DNA of 64,000 nt from the NCBI GenBank assembly GCA_036517395.1, contig DATDWN010000016.1, positions 11,262 through 75,261 of the forward strand, in the 5' to 3' direction. Position numbers and translations under genes: made by a program. Below, one piece after another: positions 38,174-47,254 of the stretch; within the stretch, counting starts at the first letter, position 1; every line of letters starts with the position of its first letter. This DNA comes from Minisyncoccota bacterium. Lineage in GTDB: Bacteria; Patescibacteriota; Minisyncoccia; Phycocordibacterales; DATDWN01. The notes below the pieces were generated by a model. The model was not told the DNA's origin, searched no databases, and saw only the letters and a list, made by a program, of their open reading frames with translations.

Positions 38174-38713
38174 ATGGATGGAAAAAGAGGGAGCAGTTCT
38201 GTTCTCGTGTGGTCGGTTGTTGTGATTGTTGTAGTTGCAGGTGTTTATGGGATTTTTCGATATACACAAAAAAGCTCTAAAAGCGTAGCTCAAGTGCCAA
38301 TCGATACTTCCCTAGATACTGCTACACAGACTCCACCGATAGAAAATACAGCGACCCAAACTCTGCCAGTAGTTCCGCCTGTCACACCGCCAAAACCAAA
38401 ACCAACTACATTTGTATACAAAAATGCTACATACTCTGCCGACGGAAACTATTTCTCACCAGGAGGTTCAGAGCAGATTGCTGTTAGTGTTACTATAAAA
38501 GACGATGTTGTAACAGCTGCATCTGTAAATGCCAATGCTCCGTCTGGACCAACAGCAGCTAAATATCAAAGTATATTTGTAGATAATTTCAAGCAATATG
38601 TCGTTGGCAAGAAAATAGATGAGATAAATCTGACAAAAGTTTCCGGATCATCTCTCACTCCAAAGGGTTTTAATGATGCTTTAGCCAAAATAAAAGTTGA
38701 GGCCAAAGCCTAG
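38174..38713 (+). CDS. Extracytoplasmic FMN-binding (flavinylation substrate) protein
   Basis: TM, Pro/Thr linker, VSGSSLT flavinylation-like motif. Confidence 0.8.
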   Translation: MDGKRGSSSVLVWSVVVIVVVAGVYGIFRYTQKSSKSVAQVPIDTSLDTATQTPPIENTATQTLPVVPPVTPPKPKPTTFVYKNATYSADGNYFSPGGSEQIAVSVTIKDDVVTAASVNANAPSGPTAAKYQSIFVDNFKQYVVGKKIDEINLTKVSGSSLTPKGFNDALAKIKVEAKA

Positions 38714-38804
38714 GGTAATTTACAATTATCAATTTACAATTTCCAATCAATTCTCAATGTTCCAATGATTCAATTTGAAAATTGAGAACTGAAAATTGAA
38801 AATT

Positions 38805-39671
38805 ATGCAATTCGATGCTATTGGTACTCACTGGCAGATAGATATAAATGAAGAGGTGGAGGAGTCAAAAGTCCATAAAGTCAGAAAGTCTATAAAGGAG
38901 AGAATAGATATTTTTGACAAAGACTACTCGCGTTTTCGTGATGACTCGCTGGTGACGAAGATGTCACATGAGTCCGGTGGTTTTGTCTTGCCAAGTGATG
39001 CGGATAAAATGGTTTCTCTTTATAAAAAAATGTACGATATCACGGGTGGGCTTGTCACGCCTCTCATAGGTCAAGCCATATCAGACGCTGGATATGATGC
39101 AAAATATTCTCTCTCACCAAAACCTATGACCAAAGCACCCAAGTGGGAGGATGTTTTAATTTGGCATAACCCCAAACTTATGCTTTCAAAACCTGTCCTT
39201 CTTGATTTTGGTGCTTGTGGCAAGGGTTATCTAGTAGATATAGTTTCTGAAATATTAGAAGGTATTGGAATCAAATCCTACTGCGTTGATGCTGGGGGTG
39301 ACATGAGATGTAGAAGCGCAAAAGTTAAAAGTGAAAAGTTAAAAGTAGGGTTGGAGAATCCAAATAATAAAGAAGAGGTGATTGGTGTCATAAATCTAGG
39401 GAATCAAAGCTTATGTGGTTCCAGCGGCAACAGGAGGACGTGGGCAAATTTTCACCACATCATAAACCCAGAAACACTTACTTCACCTCGTGAAATTTCA
39501 GCTGTCTGGGTAGTGGCAGACGAAACTATCAAAGCCGACATCCTAACCACAGGACTTTTCTTTGTTTCTCCCGAAACTCTCTTAAAACATTTTGATTTTC
39601 AGTATCTTATTCTATATCCCGACTTTTCCATCAAAAAATCCGATGGATTTGATGCGAAAATATTTACGTAA
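38805..39671 (+). CDS. apbE: FAD:protein FMN transferase
   Basis: SRFRDDS, DFGACGKGY, DAGGD, HHIINP, AD.LTT. Confidence 0.9.
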   Translation: MQFDAIGTHWQIDINEEVEESKVHKVRKSIKERIDIFDKDYSRFRDDSLVTKMSHESGGFVLPSDADKMVSLYKKMYDITGGLVTPLIGQAISDAGYDAKYSLSPKPMTKAPKWEDVLIWHNPKLMLSKPVLLDFGACGKGYLVDIVSEILEGIGIKSYCVDAGGDMRCRSAKVKSEKLKVGLENPNNKEEVIGVINLGNQSLCGSSGNRRTWANFHHIINPETLTSPREISAVWVVADETIKADILTTGLFFVSPETLLKHFDFQYLILYPDFSIKKSDGFDAKIFT

Positions 39672-39693
39672 AAACAAACTGAAAGTGATACCA

Positions 39694-39852
39694 ACAAAAT
39701 CTCCCCTCCTCATGTTTCGAGAAAGGCCTTTCGCAGGAGCTTAGAAAATAACGAGGTAATCCGAGATTATTTTCTTGAGCGACGAGAAGTTCGCTGGGCG
39801 AGCTCGCCCAGACAGATTGCCTTTCGAGGAATATGAGGAGGGGAGATTTTGT
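39694..39852. repeat. Long imperfect palindrome (GGTAATCCGA family)
   Basis: Terminal arms ACAAAATCTCCCCTCCTCAT / ATGAGGAGGGGAGATTTTGT. Confidence 0.7.
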
Positions 39853-39871
39853 ACTGTGATATAATTTTCAT

Positions 39872-41341
39872 ATGAAATTCATGGATAACTTTCTCAATAA
39901 GATAACAATGTACAGGCTGGTTTTGTACGGTCTTTTTGTGCTAGCTGGATTGGCAATTATTTTCGGATTTACGGGAATACTCTCATACTCGGGCCTTAGC
40001 CTTATTTATTCTCTGCTCGTTATTATCGCAGTTTGTGGTGTGGCAAACTATATCTTGGCAAAACTCTTCAAAGTTCAAACAAACGTCGAGTCGGTCTGGA
40101 TTACATCTCTTATTTTATTTCTTATACTTTTTCCCATAGCATCTTGGACCGACTTCGGAACCTTTATTCTCGCCGGTGTCTTGGCAATGGGGTCAAAATA
40201 TATTCTGGCTATAAATAAAAAGCACATATTTAACCCCACAGCTATATCAGTTTTCATACTCGGGCTTTTTGGTTTCGGAATATCTTGGTGGGTAGGGAGC
40301 TCGGTTATGTTTATTCCGGTCGCTGTTCTCGGTTTGCTAGTCCTTCGTAAGATTCGCCGGTTTAGTTTATTTTTCTCATTTCTTTTGGCCAGTGTGGCAA
40401 GTATTTTTGCCGTAGGTTTTTCTCAAGGGATTGGATTTTATGAAATTCTCGGCTCGACACTTATATCAGGCCCAATTATTTTTTTCGGTACGATAATGCT
40501 GACCGAGCCATCGACTACTCCGCCAACAAGAAAGTTACAGATTGTGTACGGTTTGATAGTCGGCGGAATTTTCGGATTACAGTTCCATTTTGGACCAATA
40601 TACTCGTCGCCAGAGCTTGCTTTGATTCTCGGTAACTTGTTCTCATACTTTGTAAGTCCGAAAATTCGCTCGGTGTTGACACTAGTCAGAAAAGATAAAT
40701 TAACGGCAGATGTTTATGACTATGTTTGGCAACCAGACAGAAAGGTATCATTTAATGCGGGACAATATTTGGAGTGGACATTGGGACACTGGCCATCCGA
40801 CAGCAGGGGAAACAGGAGGTATTTTACTATTGCTTCATCTCCAACAGAGGAAAATATTCATCTAGGTGTAAAGTTTTATCCAAACGGGAGTAGTTTCAAA
40901 AATAAATTATCGCAACTTAACGCAGGGGATACTATCGTCGCCTCACAACTCTCTGGCGACTTTGTCCTGCCAGAAAACAAAAACCAAAAACTTGTTTTTA
41001 TTGCTGGGGGTATTGGTGTCACGCCTTTCCGAAGCATGGTCAAATATCTTGTTGATGCCAACGAAAAAAGAGATGTCGTACTTTTTTACTCAAACAGAAC
41101 TCCGGAAGATGTTGCCTACAAAGACCTGTTTGACTCGGCAGGGCAGAGTATAGGATTCAAAGTGATTTACGCTGGGCTGATAGATAAGAATATGATTATA
41201 AAAGAAGTGCCGGATTATACGCAAAGAAAGTTTTATATTTCCGGACCGCATGGCATGGTTGATGTTTTTGAAGGCGTTTTGAAGGATATTGGGGTGAAAA
41301 ATAGCAATATAAAAGTGGATTTCTTCCCGGGATATGTTTAG
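39872..41341 (+). CDS. RnfD/NqrB-like membrane domain fused to an FNR-type FAD/NAD(P)-binding domain
   Basis: KHIFNP, MLTEP.T, RYFTIASSP, AGGIGVTPF, YISGP. Confidence 0.85.
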   Translation: MKFMDNFLNKITMYRLVLYGLFVLAGLAIIFGFTGILSYSGLSLIYSLLVIIAVCGVANYILAKLFKVQTNVESVWITSLILFLILFPIASWTDFGTFILAGVLAMGSKYILAINKKHIFNPTAISVFILGLFGFGISWWVGSSVMFIPVAVLGLLVLRKIRRFSLFFSFLLASVASIFAVGFSQGIGFYEILGSTLISGPIIFFGTIMLTEPSTTPPTRKLQIVYGLIVGGIFGLQFHFGPIYSSPELALILGNLFSYFVSPKIRSVLTLVRKDKLTADVYDYVWQPDRKVSFNAGQYLEWTLGHWPSDSRGNRRYFTIASSPTEENIHLGVKFYPNGSSFKNKLSQLNAGDTIVASQLSGDFVLPENKNQKLVFIAGGIGVTPFRSMVKYLVDANEKRDVVLFYSNRTPEDVAYKDLFDSAGQSIGFKVIYAGLIDKNMIIKEVPDYTQRKFYISGPHGMVDVFEGVLKDIGVKNSNIKVDFFPGYV

Positions 41342-41433
41342 GAATTTTCAATTATCAATTTACAATTTTCAATCAATTCTCAATGTTCCAATGATTCAAT
41401 TTGAAAATTGAGAACTGAAAATTGAAAATTATC

Positions 41434-41982
41434 ATGCATACTAAAATAGAAACAGCAATCTTGGGTGGAGGTTGCTTCTGGTGTACGGAGGCAGTTTTTC
41501 AGATGTTGAAGAGCGTGAAATCTGTCGAGCCGGGTTATGCAGGTGGAAATGTATCAAACCCAATATATGAACAAGTTTGCGGGGGAAACACTGGTCATGT
41601 TGAGTGCATAAAAATAGAGTTTAACCCAGAAGAAATTTCATATCGAGATTTATTGACCGTCTTTTTTGGAAGCCATGATCCAACAACACTAAATATGCAG
41701 GGAAATGATATTGGCACTCAATACCGCTCTGTTATTTTTTATACAACGCCAAAGCAGAAAGAAACAGCCGAAAGTTTTATACAAGAATTAAATGACTCCA
41801 GCCCAGACGGTCGACCTATTGTCACAGCGGTTGAACCGCTGGAGAGTTTTTACGTTGCTGAAAACTATCACAAGGATTATTATGAGAGAAATAAAGAAGC
41901 CCCCTATTGCCAGGTCATTATCAATCCAAAATTAGAAAAAGTACAAAAACAATTTGCAAGTCTTTTAAAAACTAATAAATAG
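41434..41982 (+). CDS. msrA: Peptide-methionine (S)-S-oxide reductase
   Basis: GGGCFWC, GYAGG, QYRS, AE.YH..Y. Confidence 0.96.
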   Translation: MHTKIETAILGGGCFWCTEAVFQMLKSVKSVEPGYAGGNVSNPIYEQVCGGNTGHVECIKIEFNPEEISYRDLLTVFFGSHDPTTLNMQGNDIGTQYRSVIFYTTPKQKETAESFIQELNDSSPDGRPIVTAVEPLESFYVAENYHKDYYERNKEAPYCQVIINPKLEKVQKQFASLLKTNK

Positions 41983-42030
41983 AATAAAATCATTCCGACA
42001 TTCTCAAGAATGTCGGAATGATTTACTAAA

Positions 42031-42438
42031 ATGGATATGGATATAGACGAGGAAGAATTAAAAAATAAACTTACGCCAGAGGAGTATGCGGTTTTGAGAG
42101 AAAAGGGAACAGAAACTCCATTTAGCGGAAAGCTTTTACACGATGATAGAAATGGAATGTATAAATGCAAAGTCTGCGGCGCTTCACTTTTTTCATCCGA
42201 TGCCAAGTTTGATTCTGGTACCGGTTGGCCAAGTTTTGATCAGGCCATTCCCGGAAGTGTCAAAGAAGTGAAGGATGACACCCTCGGAATGAGTCGTATA
42301 GAAGTGGTTTGCGCAAAATGTAACTCTCATCTCGGTCACTTATTTGATGACGGTCCAACTAAAACTGGAAAAAGATATTGCTTGAACTCCGTCTGCCTTG
42401 ATTTATCTGCGACGAGAGAGGAGCGCGTGAATGTGTAA
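42031..42438 (+). CDS. msrB: Peptide-methionine (R)-S-oxide reductase
   Basis: GTE.PF, SGTGWPSF, HLGHLF.DGP, RYCLNS. Confidence 0.96.
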   Translation: MDMDIDEEELKNKLTPEEYAVLREKGTETPFSGKLLHDDRNGMYKCKVCGASLFSSDAKFDSGTGWPSFDQAIPGSVKEVKDDTLGMSRIEVVCAKCNSHLGHLFDDGPTKTGKRYCLNSVCLDLSATREERVNV

Positions 42439-42541
42439 TCACATTCACAGCGTCCGAACGAGGAGTAACAATGGTAAAAACCCCGCCCCTCTGGGGCGGA
42501 ACAGGGGTCCAGGGCTTGCCATGGGGTTTCATACCATTGAT
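42402..42541. repeat. 140-bp dispersed structured repeat, copy 2 (supplies the msrB C-terminus and stop)
   Basis: Near-identical to 20199-20338. Confidence 0.9.
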
Positions 42542-42676
42542 CCGCACACTAATTCTGCCATGGTCCTGTTTTGAAATAATCCTAAAATAAATATCCATAA
42601 AATTTATTACAGTATATTGTTACAAATTCTGAAATTTAGTCAGGACAAAAAACAATGGCAGATTTAGTGTGCGGAT
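42540..42676. repeat. TCCGCACACTAA MITE-like element
   Basis: Terminal inverted repeats; interior similar to 43264-43400. Confidence 0.85.
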
Positions 42677-42766
42677 GTAGGAGAGTAAATAATTCTTTGT
42701 GCATAACTCCTACCAGTCTCTCGCTTGTTTGATATAATTAAGGATATAAACTAACCCTTAATTATT

Positions 42767-43261
42767 ATGCAATCAATAAACAATTTTCTTTTTTCAAACC
42801 CAAAACTTTCTTGGTTCTGGCTTATTGTTAGAGTTTATGTAGGATATGAATGGATTATGGCTGGATATGAAAAAATAATAAATCCGGCATGGGTAGGGAG
42901 TTCCGCTGGGGGAGCGATAACCGGTTTTGTAAATGGGGCTTTGGCAAAAACTGCGGGAGCTCATCCGGACGTCTCAGAGTGGTATGCTTGGTTTCTAACT
43001 CACGCTGTTTTGCCCAATGCAAACCTCTGGTCTCATGCTGTTGCATACGGCGAGCTCGCGGTTGGTTTGGGTTTGATTTTTGGAGTGCTCACATTCTGGG
43101 CCGCTTTCTTTGGTTTCTTTATGAACTTAAATTACCTTCTGGCCGGAACCGTAAGCACGAATCCAGTTTTGCTCGTTCTCGCTCTTCTCATAATGCTGGC
43201 ACATCGCGTAGCTGGACGTATTGGATTTGATTACTATATATTTAAAAATAGATTTAGTTAG
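42767..43261 (+). CDS. DoxX/DoxD family membrane protein
   Basis: R..VGYEW..AG.EK, GE..VG, N.NYLLAG..S.NP. Confidence 0.88.
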   Translation: MQSINNFLFSNPKLSWFWLIVRVYVGYEWIMAGYEKIINPAWVGSSAGGAITGFVNGALAKTAGAHPDVSEWYAWFLTHAVLPNANLWSHAVAYGELAVGLGLIFGVLTFWAAFFGFFMNLNYLLAGTVSTNPVLLVLALLIMLAHRVAGRIGFDYYIFKNRFS

Positions 43262-43263
43262 TT

Positions 43264-43400
43264 TATCCGCACACTAAATATGCCATCGTCCTGTTTTTAA
43301 ATAATATAAAAATAAATATCTTCTAATTTATCACAGTATATTGTTACAAATTATAAAACTAAGTCAGGACAAAAAACAATGGCAGAATTAGTGTTCGGAT
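43264..43400. repeat. TCCGCACACTAA MITE-like element
   Basis: Direct-orientation relative of 42540-42676. Confidence 0.85.
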
Positions 43401-43483
43401 GAATACGAAGAATGGCAGGTCGCGTTGACCTGCCATCTAGGGGATTGACCCTATCTCGGTTTTGTCCCGCCGAGTTGCGGGTG

Positions 43484-44710
43484 TTACTTGTCGGTGCCGG
43501 TCCGAGCCGTCAGCGCCTTGGAACGGCGCTGACGCTTCGGAGTGACCGACATGTTGAACGAGGAGCCCGTCATCGTGATCATACCGGTCGCTTCGTCCAC
43601 CGTGAAGTGGGCGCCGCGATCGAACGTGATGACCCGATCGCCGATGGTGACCGTGGACCGACCCTCCGTCTCCGCTCCCGCACGAATGCGGGCGACGGCG
43701 ATTGAGGGGTGGGGAAGCGCCTGAGGTGCGGGTTGAACCGGTTCCGGTGCGGGCACCGCGACGGCGCGGGCCGTGAACGTGAATCCACTGAGACCCCCGC
43801 CGTAGAAGACGGGGTTCATGCATCCCTGAAGCGACATGAGCTCAGGCTCGCTGCCGTCGGGGAAGTGGAATCGTGCCCTGTACCCGGGTTGCGGTGGGTT
43901 GATCCGGCGCGGACGGGCGCGGTCGGCGTAACCGACCATGCCCTCCCCCGAGATCATACCTTCCTCGACTGGTCCGATGCGTCGGATGTTCTGGCGAACC
44001 GTGGCGGCTTCTGCACCGGGTGTCGCGCGAATGTACTGCGCGACCGCCTGGTCCTGGAAGTGGTTCGTCAAACGCTCCGTCTCCGTCGGCGTGATGCCGC
44101 CGACAACGATTGGAGGACCAGACGTGACCGGATTCTGCTCCAGCTCACGACCCCAGTGTTCACGGGCGTTCTCCTCGCGCTCCCTCGCCATCGCCGCATC
44201 ATGTCGTCTTGCGATGTAATCGCGAAGGAACCAGAGTGCGATGAATGTGACGGCGCCCAGCAGAAGCAGTAGGGAGAACCACAGATAGTTATCGTACCTG
44301 CTCGCCGATGCAGTCGCCGTGGTGCTTTCGGGCTTCTTCTCCTCGGCCGCCTTGACCACGTGGGTCTCGGGCGGGGGAGGTGTCGCCGCCTCGTTCGTGA
44401 TGAACTCGTTCACCGCCATGCCGGCGGGAACACACAACACGTCACCACGCGAATCGTACAGCCATGCGATGGTGTCCTTGCCCTTGCCTGACACCCGGGC
44501 TTGAAGCCCCGGGTTCGTGGCGAGTAGCATATTCCACTTGGGTCCGTATTTCTGGTACAACACGTCGCCGTGCTGGACCGTATAGACGGTTCCGTTGTAG
44601 ATCGCTTTGCAGTTGGTCGCGGTGAGCGGCGTGATGCGGTTGATCGTCTGCGCCGCGGCCGTGACGGCCGAGAGCGCGAGAACGATCGCGAGAGACGTGA
44701 TACGTTTCAT
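43484..44710 (-). CDS. High-GC surface protein: signal peptide, LysM-like motif, TM, cytoplasmic tail
   Basis: YTVQHGD...NP...LCVP; strongly GC-biased codons unlike the neighbouring genes. Confidence 0.7.
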   Translation of the reverse strand: MKRITSLAIVLALSAVTAAAQTINRITPLTATNCKAIYNGTVYTVQHGDVLYQKYGPKWNMLLATNPGLQARVSGKGKDTIAWLYDSRGDVLCVPAGMAVNEFITNEAATPPPPETHVVKAAEEKKPESTTATASASRYDNYLWFSLLLLLGAVTFIALWFLRDYIARRHDAAMAREREENAREHWGRELEQNPVTSGPPIVVGGITPTETERLTNHFQDQAVAQYIRATPGAEAATVRQNIRRIGPVEEGMISGEGMVGYADRARPRRINPPQPGYRARFHFPDGSEPELMSLQGCMNPVFYGGGLSGFTFTARAVAVPAPEPVQPAPQALPHPSIAVARIRAGAETEGRSTVTIGDRVITFDRGAHFTVDEATGMITMTGSSFNMSVTPKRQRRSKALTARTGTDK

Positions 44711-44823
44711 CGACTGGTCCTTTCAAGTAACATCGCAGGTATCTAGTCCCTAGGGGACGAGCTATACCGCGATTCTGGCGAGTACCATAGCATAGTCTAT
44801 ATATACTGTCAAGCACTTTATTG

Positions 44824-44892
44824 ACCCCAGTAGTAAAGTACCCCGTAGTACAGCAGAGCTGACTACGGGGCAAAGAAGCTCACTACGGGGTA
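44824..44892. repeat. Nested CCCCGTAGT...ACTACGGGG palindromes
   Basis: Inner copy 44839-44872 interrupts an outer copy. Confidence 0.75.
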
Positions 44893-44947
44893 GACATCAA
44901 AGTAGATTTACTGTATAGTGGCCTTATTGAGCCTTCTCATTAAAACA

Positions 44948-45082
44948 TGCATCCCGTTAGAAATCATTCAGTTTGTTAATGAGAATAATGTATTTTAATA
45001 AGGGTCATATTTACTAACACAATATAAATAATAACTACGGAAAGGCTTTAGCAAAAGGCTTTCCTATTTCTAACGGGATGCA
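44948..45082. repeat. MITE-like element with ATCCCGTTAGAAAT inverted ends; supplies the helicase ATG
   Basis: TGCATCCCGTTAGAAAT / ATTTCTAACGGGATGCA. Confidence 0.7.
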
Positions 45083-46301
45083 AACAAGAACATTTAGAAA
45101 ACCTAGCTTTGGGGGTGGGCGGAATCGACCACGATTTTCTGGAGGAGGAAGACCTGTCCGCCGTAGCTTTAGCGGAGGTGGAGGCCATGGACCTAGCAAA
45201 TACATAGACCCCAACAAGTTTATAAACAAAGCGGTCATAACAGAGCAGGCGTCGCATTTTGTGCCCGAGCACAATTTTATTGATTTTGAGGTTGACGCAA
45301 AACTGAAAGCAAATATTATTTCAAAAGGATATTCAACACCGACGCCGATTCAGGATAAAGCAATTCCACATGTTTTAAAAGGACAGGATGTGGTAGGTAT
45401 CGCAAACACAGGTACTGGCAAGACCGCGGCATTTCTCATACCCCTCATACACAAAGTTCTAACTGAGCACAAAGAAAATATTTTGATTGTCGTACCAACC
45501 CGAGAGCTTGCTCTACAGATCGAGGAGGAGCTGACAGGTTTTATCATGGGCATGAAATTGTATTCTACGGTTTGTGTTGGTGGTACTCCTATCGGTTCGC
45601 AAATTCGCGCTCTACGATATAGAAACGAGTTTGTCATTGGAACTCCGGGAAGGATCAAAGATTTGGTTGAAAGAAAGTGCCTTCACCTGGGGCACTTTAA
45701 AACAGTGGTTCTAGATGAAGCGGACAGAATGCTGGACATGGGTTTCATAAACGACATGCGATTTTTTATGAACCTGATGTCGAAAAATCGTCACACACTT
45801 TTCTTTTCAGCTACATGGTCACCAGAAATTGAAAAATTAGTCAAAGAGTTTCTGAAGGATCCGGTTATGATTTCAGTTAAAACACAGGACACGGCCAAAA
45901 ATGTTGACCAAGATGTTGTGCGTGTGGGCAGGGGCGACAACAAGCTTGATATTCTCCACAGCATGCTTATAAAACCCGACTTCAACAAAGTTCTGATTTT
46001 CGGAAGGACAAAACATGGGGTGGAGAAACTAACCTCCCTACTAGTTGCTCGCGGTTTCAAAGCCGAATCGATTCACGGAAATAAAAATCAGTCCGGCCGA
46101 CAGCGCTCTCTCAAACTTTTCAAAGAAGGCAAGGTTCAAGTGCTTGTGGCGACAGATGTAGCTGCAAGGGGTCTCGACATAAGCGATGTCTCGCATGTAA
46201 TAAATTTTGATATTCCCGCAACGTACGAGGACTATGTACACAGAATAGGCCGAACGGGTCGGGCAGGTAAAAAGGGGAAGGCACTGACTTTTGTTGAATA
46301 A
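45078..46301 (+). CDS. DEAD-box RNA helicase
   Basis: PTPIQ, TGTGKT, PTRELA, DEAD, SAT, HRIGRTGR. Confidence 0.97.
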   Translation: MQTRTFRKPSFGGGRNRPRFSGGGRPVRRSFSGGGGHGPSKYIDPNKFINKAVITEQASHFVPEHNFIDFEVDAKLKANIISKGYSTPTPIQDKAIPHVLKGQDVVGIANTGTGKTAAFLIPLIHKVLTEHKENILIVVPTRELALQIEEELTGFIMGMKLYSTVCVGGTPIGSQIRALRYRNEFVIGTPGRIKDLVERKCLHLGHFKTVVLDEADRMLDMGFINDMRFFMNLMSKNRHTLFFSATWSPEIEKLVKEFLKDPVMISVKTQDTAKNVDQDVVRVGRGDNKLDILHSMLIKPDFNKVLIFGRTKHGVEKLTSLLVARGFKAESIHGNKNQSGRQRSLKLFKEGKVQVLVATDVAARGLDISDVSHVINFDIPATYEDYVHRIGRTGRAGKKGKALTFVE

Positions 46302-46307
46302 GAACTC

Positions 46308-46473
46308 AGACTCTTCGAATAATACTTTTCAAAACATTCGCAGACCCCGAGCTTGGCGTTGTCAACGACCCTGAGCGAAGCGAAGGGCTCTTGACAACGA
46401 GGGGTCGAGGACCCGAACGAGGCTTCCGCAGGAAGAAGCCGAGTGTTTTTGAAAAGTATTATTCGAAGAGTCT
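46308..46473. repeat. Long palindrome containing a CTGAGCGAAGCGAAGG motif
   Basis: ~30-bp terminal arms AGACTCTTCGAATAATACTTTTCAAAA. Confidence 0.75.
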
Positions 46474-46492
46474 TGTGATACAATAGTCGGAT

Positions 46493-46641
46493 GCCCTAGT
46501 AGTAGAGCAGAGCTCACTACAGGGCTATCCCGTAGTGAAAATGAAATTATGCACAAAAACACAAACTGGTCGGCATTATTAACATATAATCTTGAAATGA
46601 TACTAGGATCATAAGGCAATTTCATTTTCTACTACTGGGAT
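46493..46641. repeat. CCCGTAGT-family composite repeat; supplies the dedA ATG
   Basis: Same organisation as 60781-60890. Confidence 0.75.
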
Positions 46642-47254
46642 GCACTATCTGATTGATCTAATTACTACTGTCGGGTATTTCGGCTACGCAATTGTTTTTG
46701 TCATTATTTTACTTGAATCTTTTCCACCGACATTTTTTCTACCCGGAGACAGTCTGCTTTTCACGACGGGGTTTTTGGCTTCACAGGGTTATTTTAATTT
46801 TGCTTTGCTGGTGGGTGTTTTGTATATCGGCAGTGTCTTGGGTTATATGTTCAGTTATGCTATGGGTCAAAAAATTCGCGACGTCATTTTGCGAAATCCA
46901 GATAAATATTGGTTCAAGAAAAAGCATTTAGACTATACAGAGGAGTTTTTTGGCAAGTATGGTGATAAAACAGTAGTTATAGGACGGTTTATTCCCATAG
47001 TCAGGTCTTTTGCACCAACTCTGGCTGGTTCTGTCAGGATGCCATATCGTAAATTTATTCGTGATGTGCTTATCGGCGGATTTTTGTGGACAGGAGGTTT
47101 AACCAGCATAGGATTTTATCTTGGACGCATAATTCCTCACGCTGATAGATTTCTGACACCGATTATTATATGTATAATATTTGTTTCACTTTTGCCAGCT
47201 ATAATTGAATACATTAATAGGTTGAGGAAGAGAAATAAAATTTCCAATGACTAA
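46640..47254 (+). CDS. DedA family membrane protein
   Basis: LPGDSLLF..G, GRFIP.VR.FAP. Confidence 0.93.
   Translation: MHYLIDLITTVGYFGYAIVFVIILLESFPPTFFLPGDSLLFTTGFLASQGYFNFALLVGVLYIGSVLGYMFSYAMGQKIRDVILRNPDKYWFKKKHLDYTEEFFGKYGDKTVVIGRFIPIVRSFAPTLAGSVRMPYRKFIRDVLIGGFLWTGGLTSIGFYLGRIIPHADRFLTPIIICIIFVSLLPAIIEYINRLRKRNKISND

Noticed and set aside
43412-44504. Several overlapping plus-strand ORFs
   Set aside because: Shadow ORFs of the GC-rich minus-strand gene.
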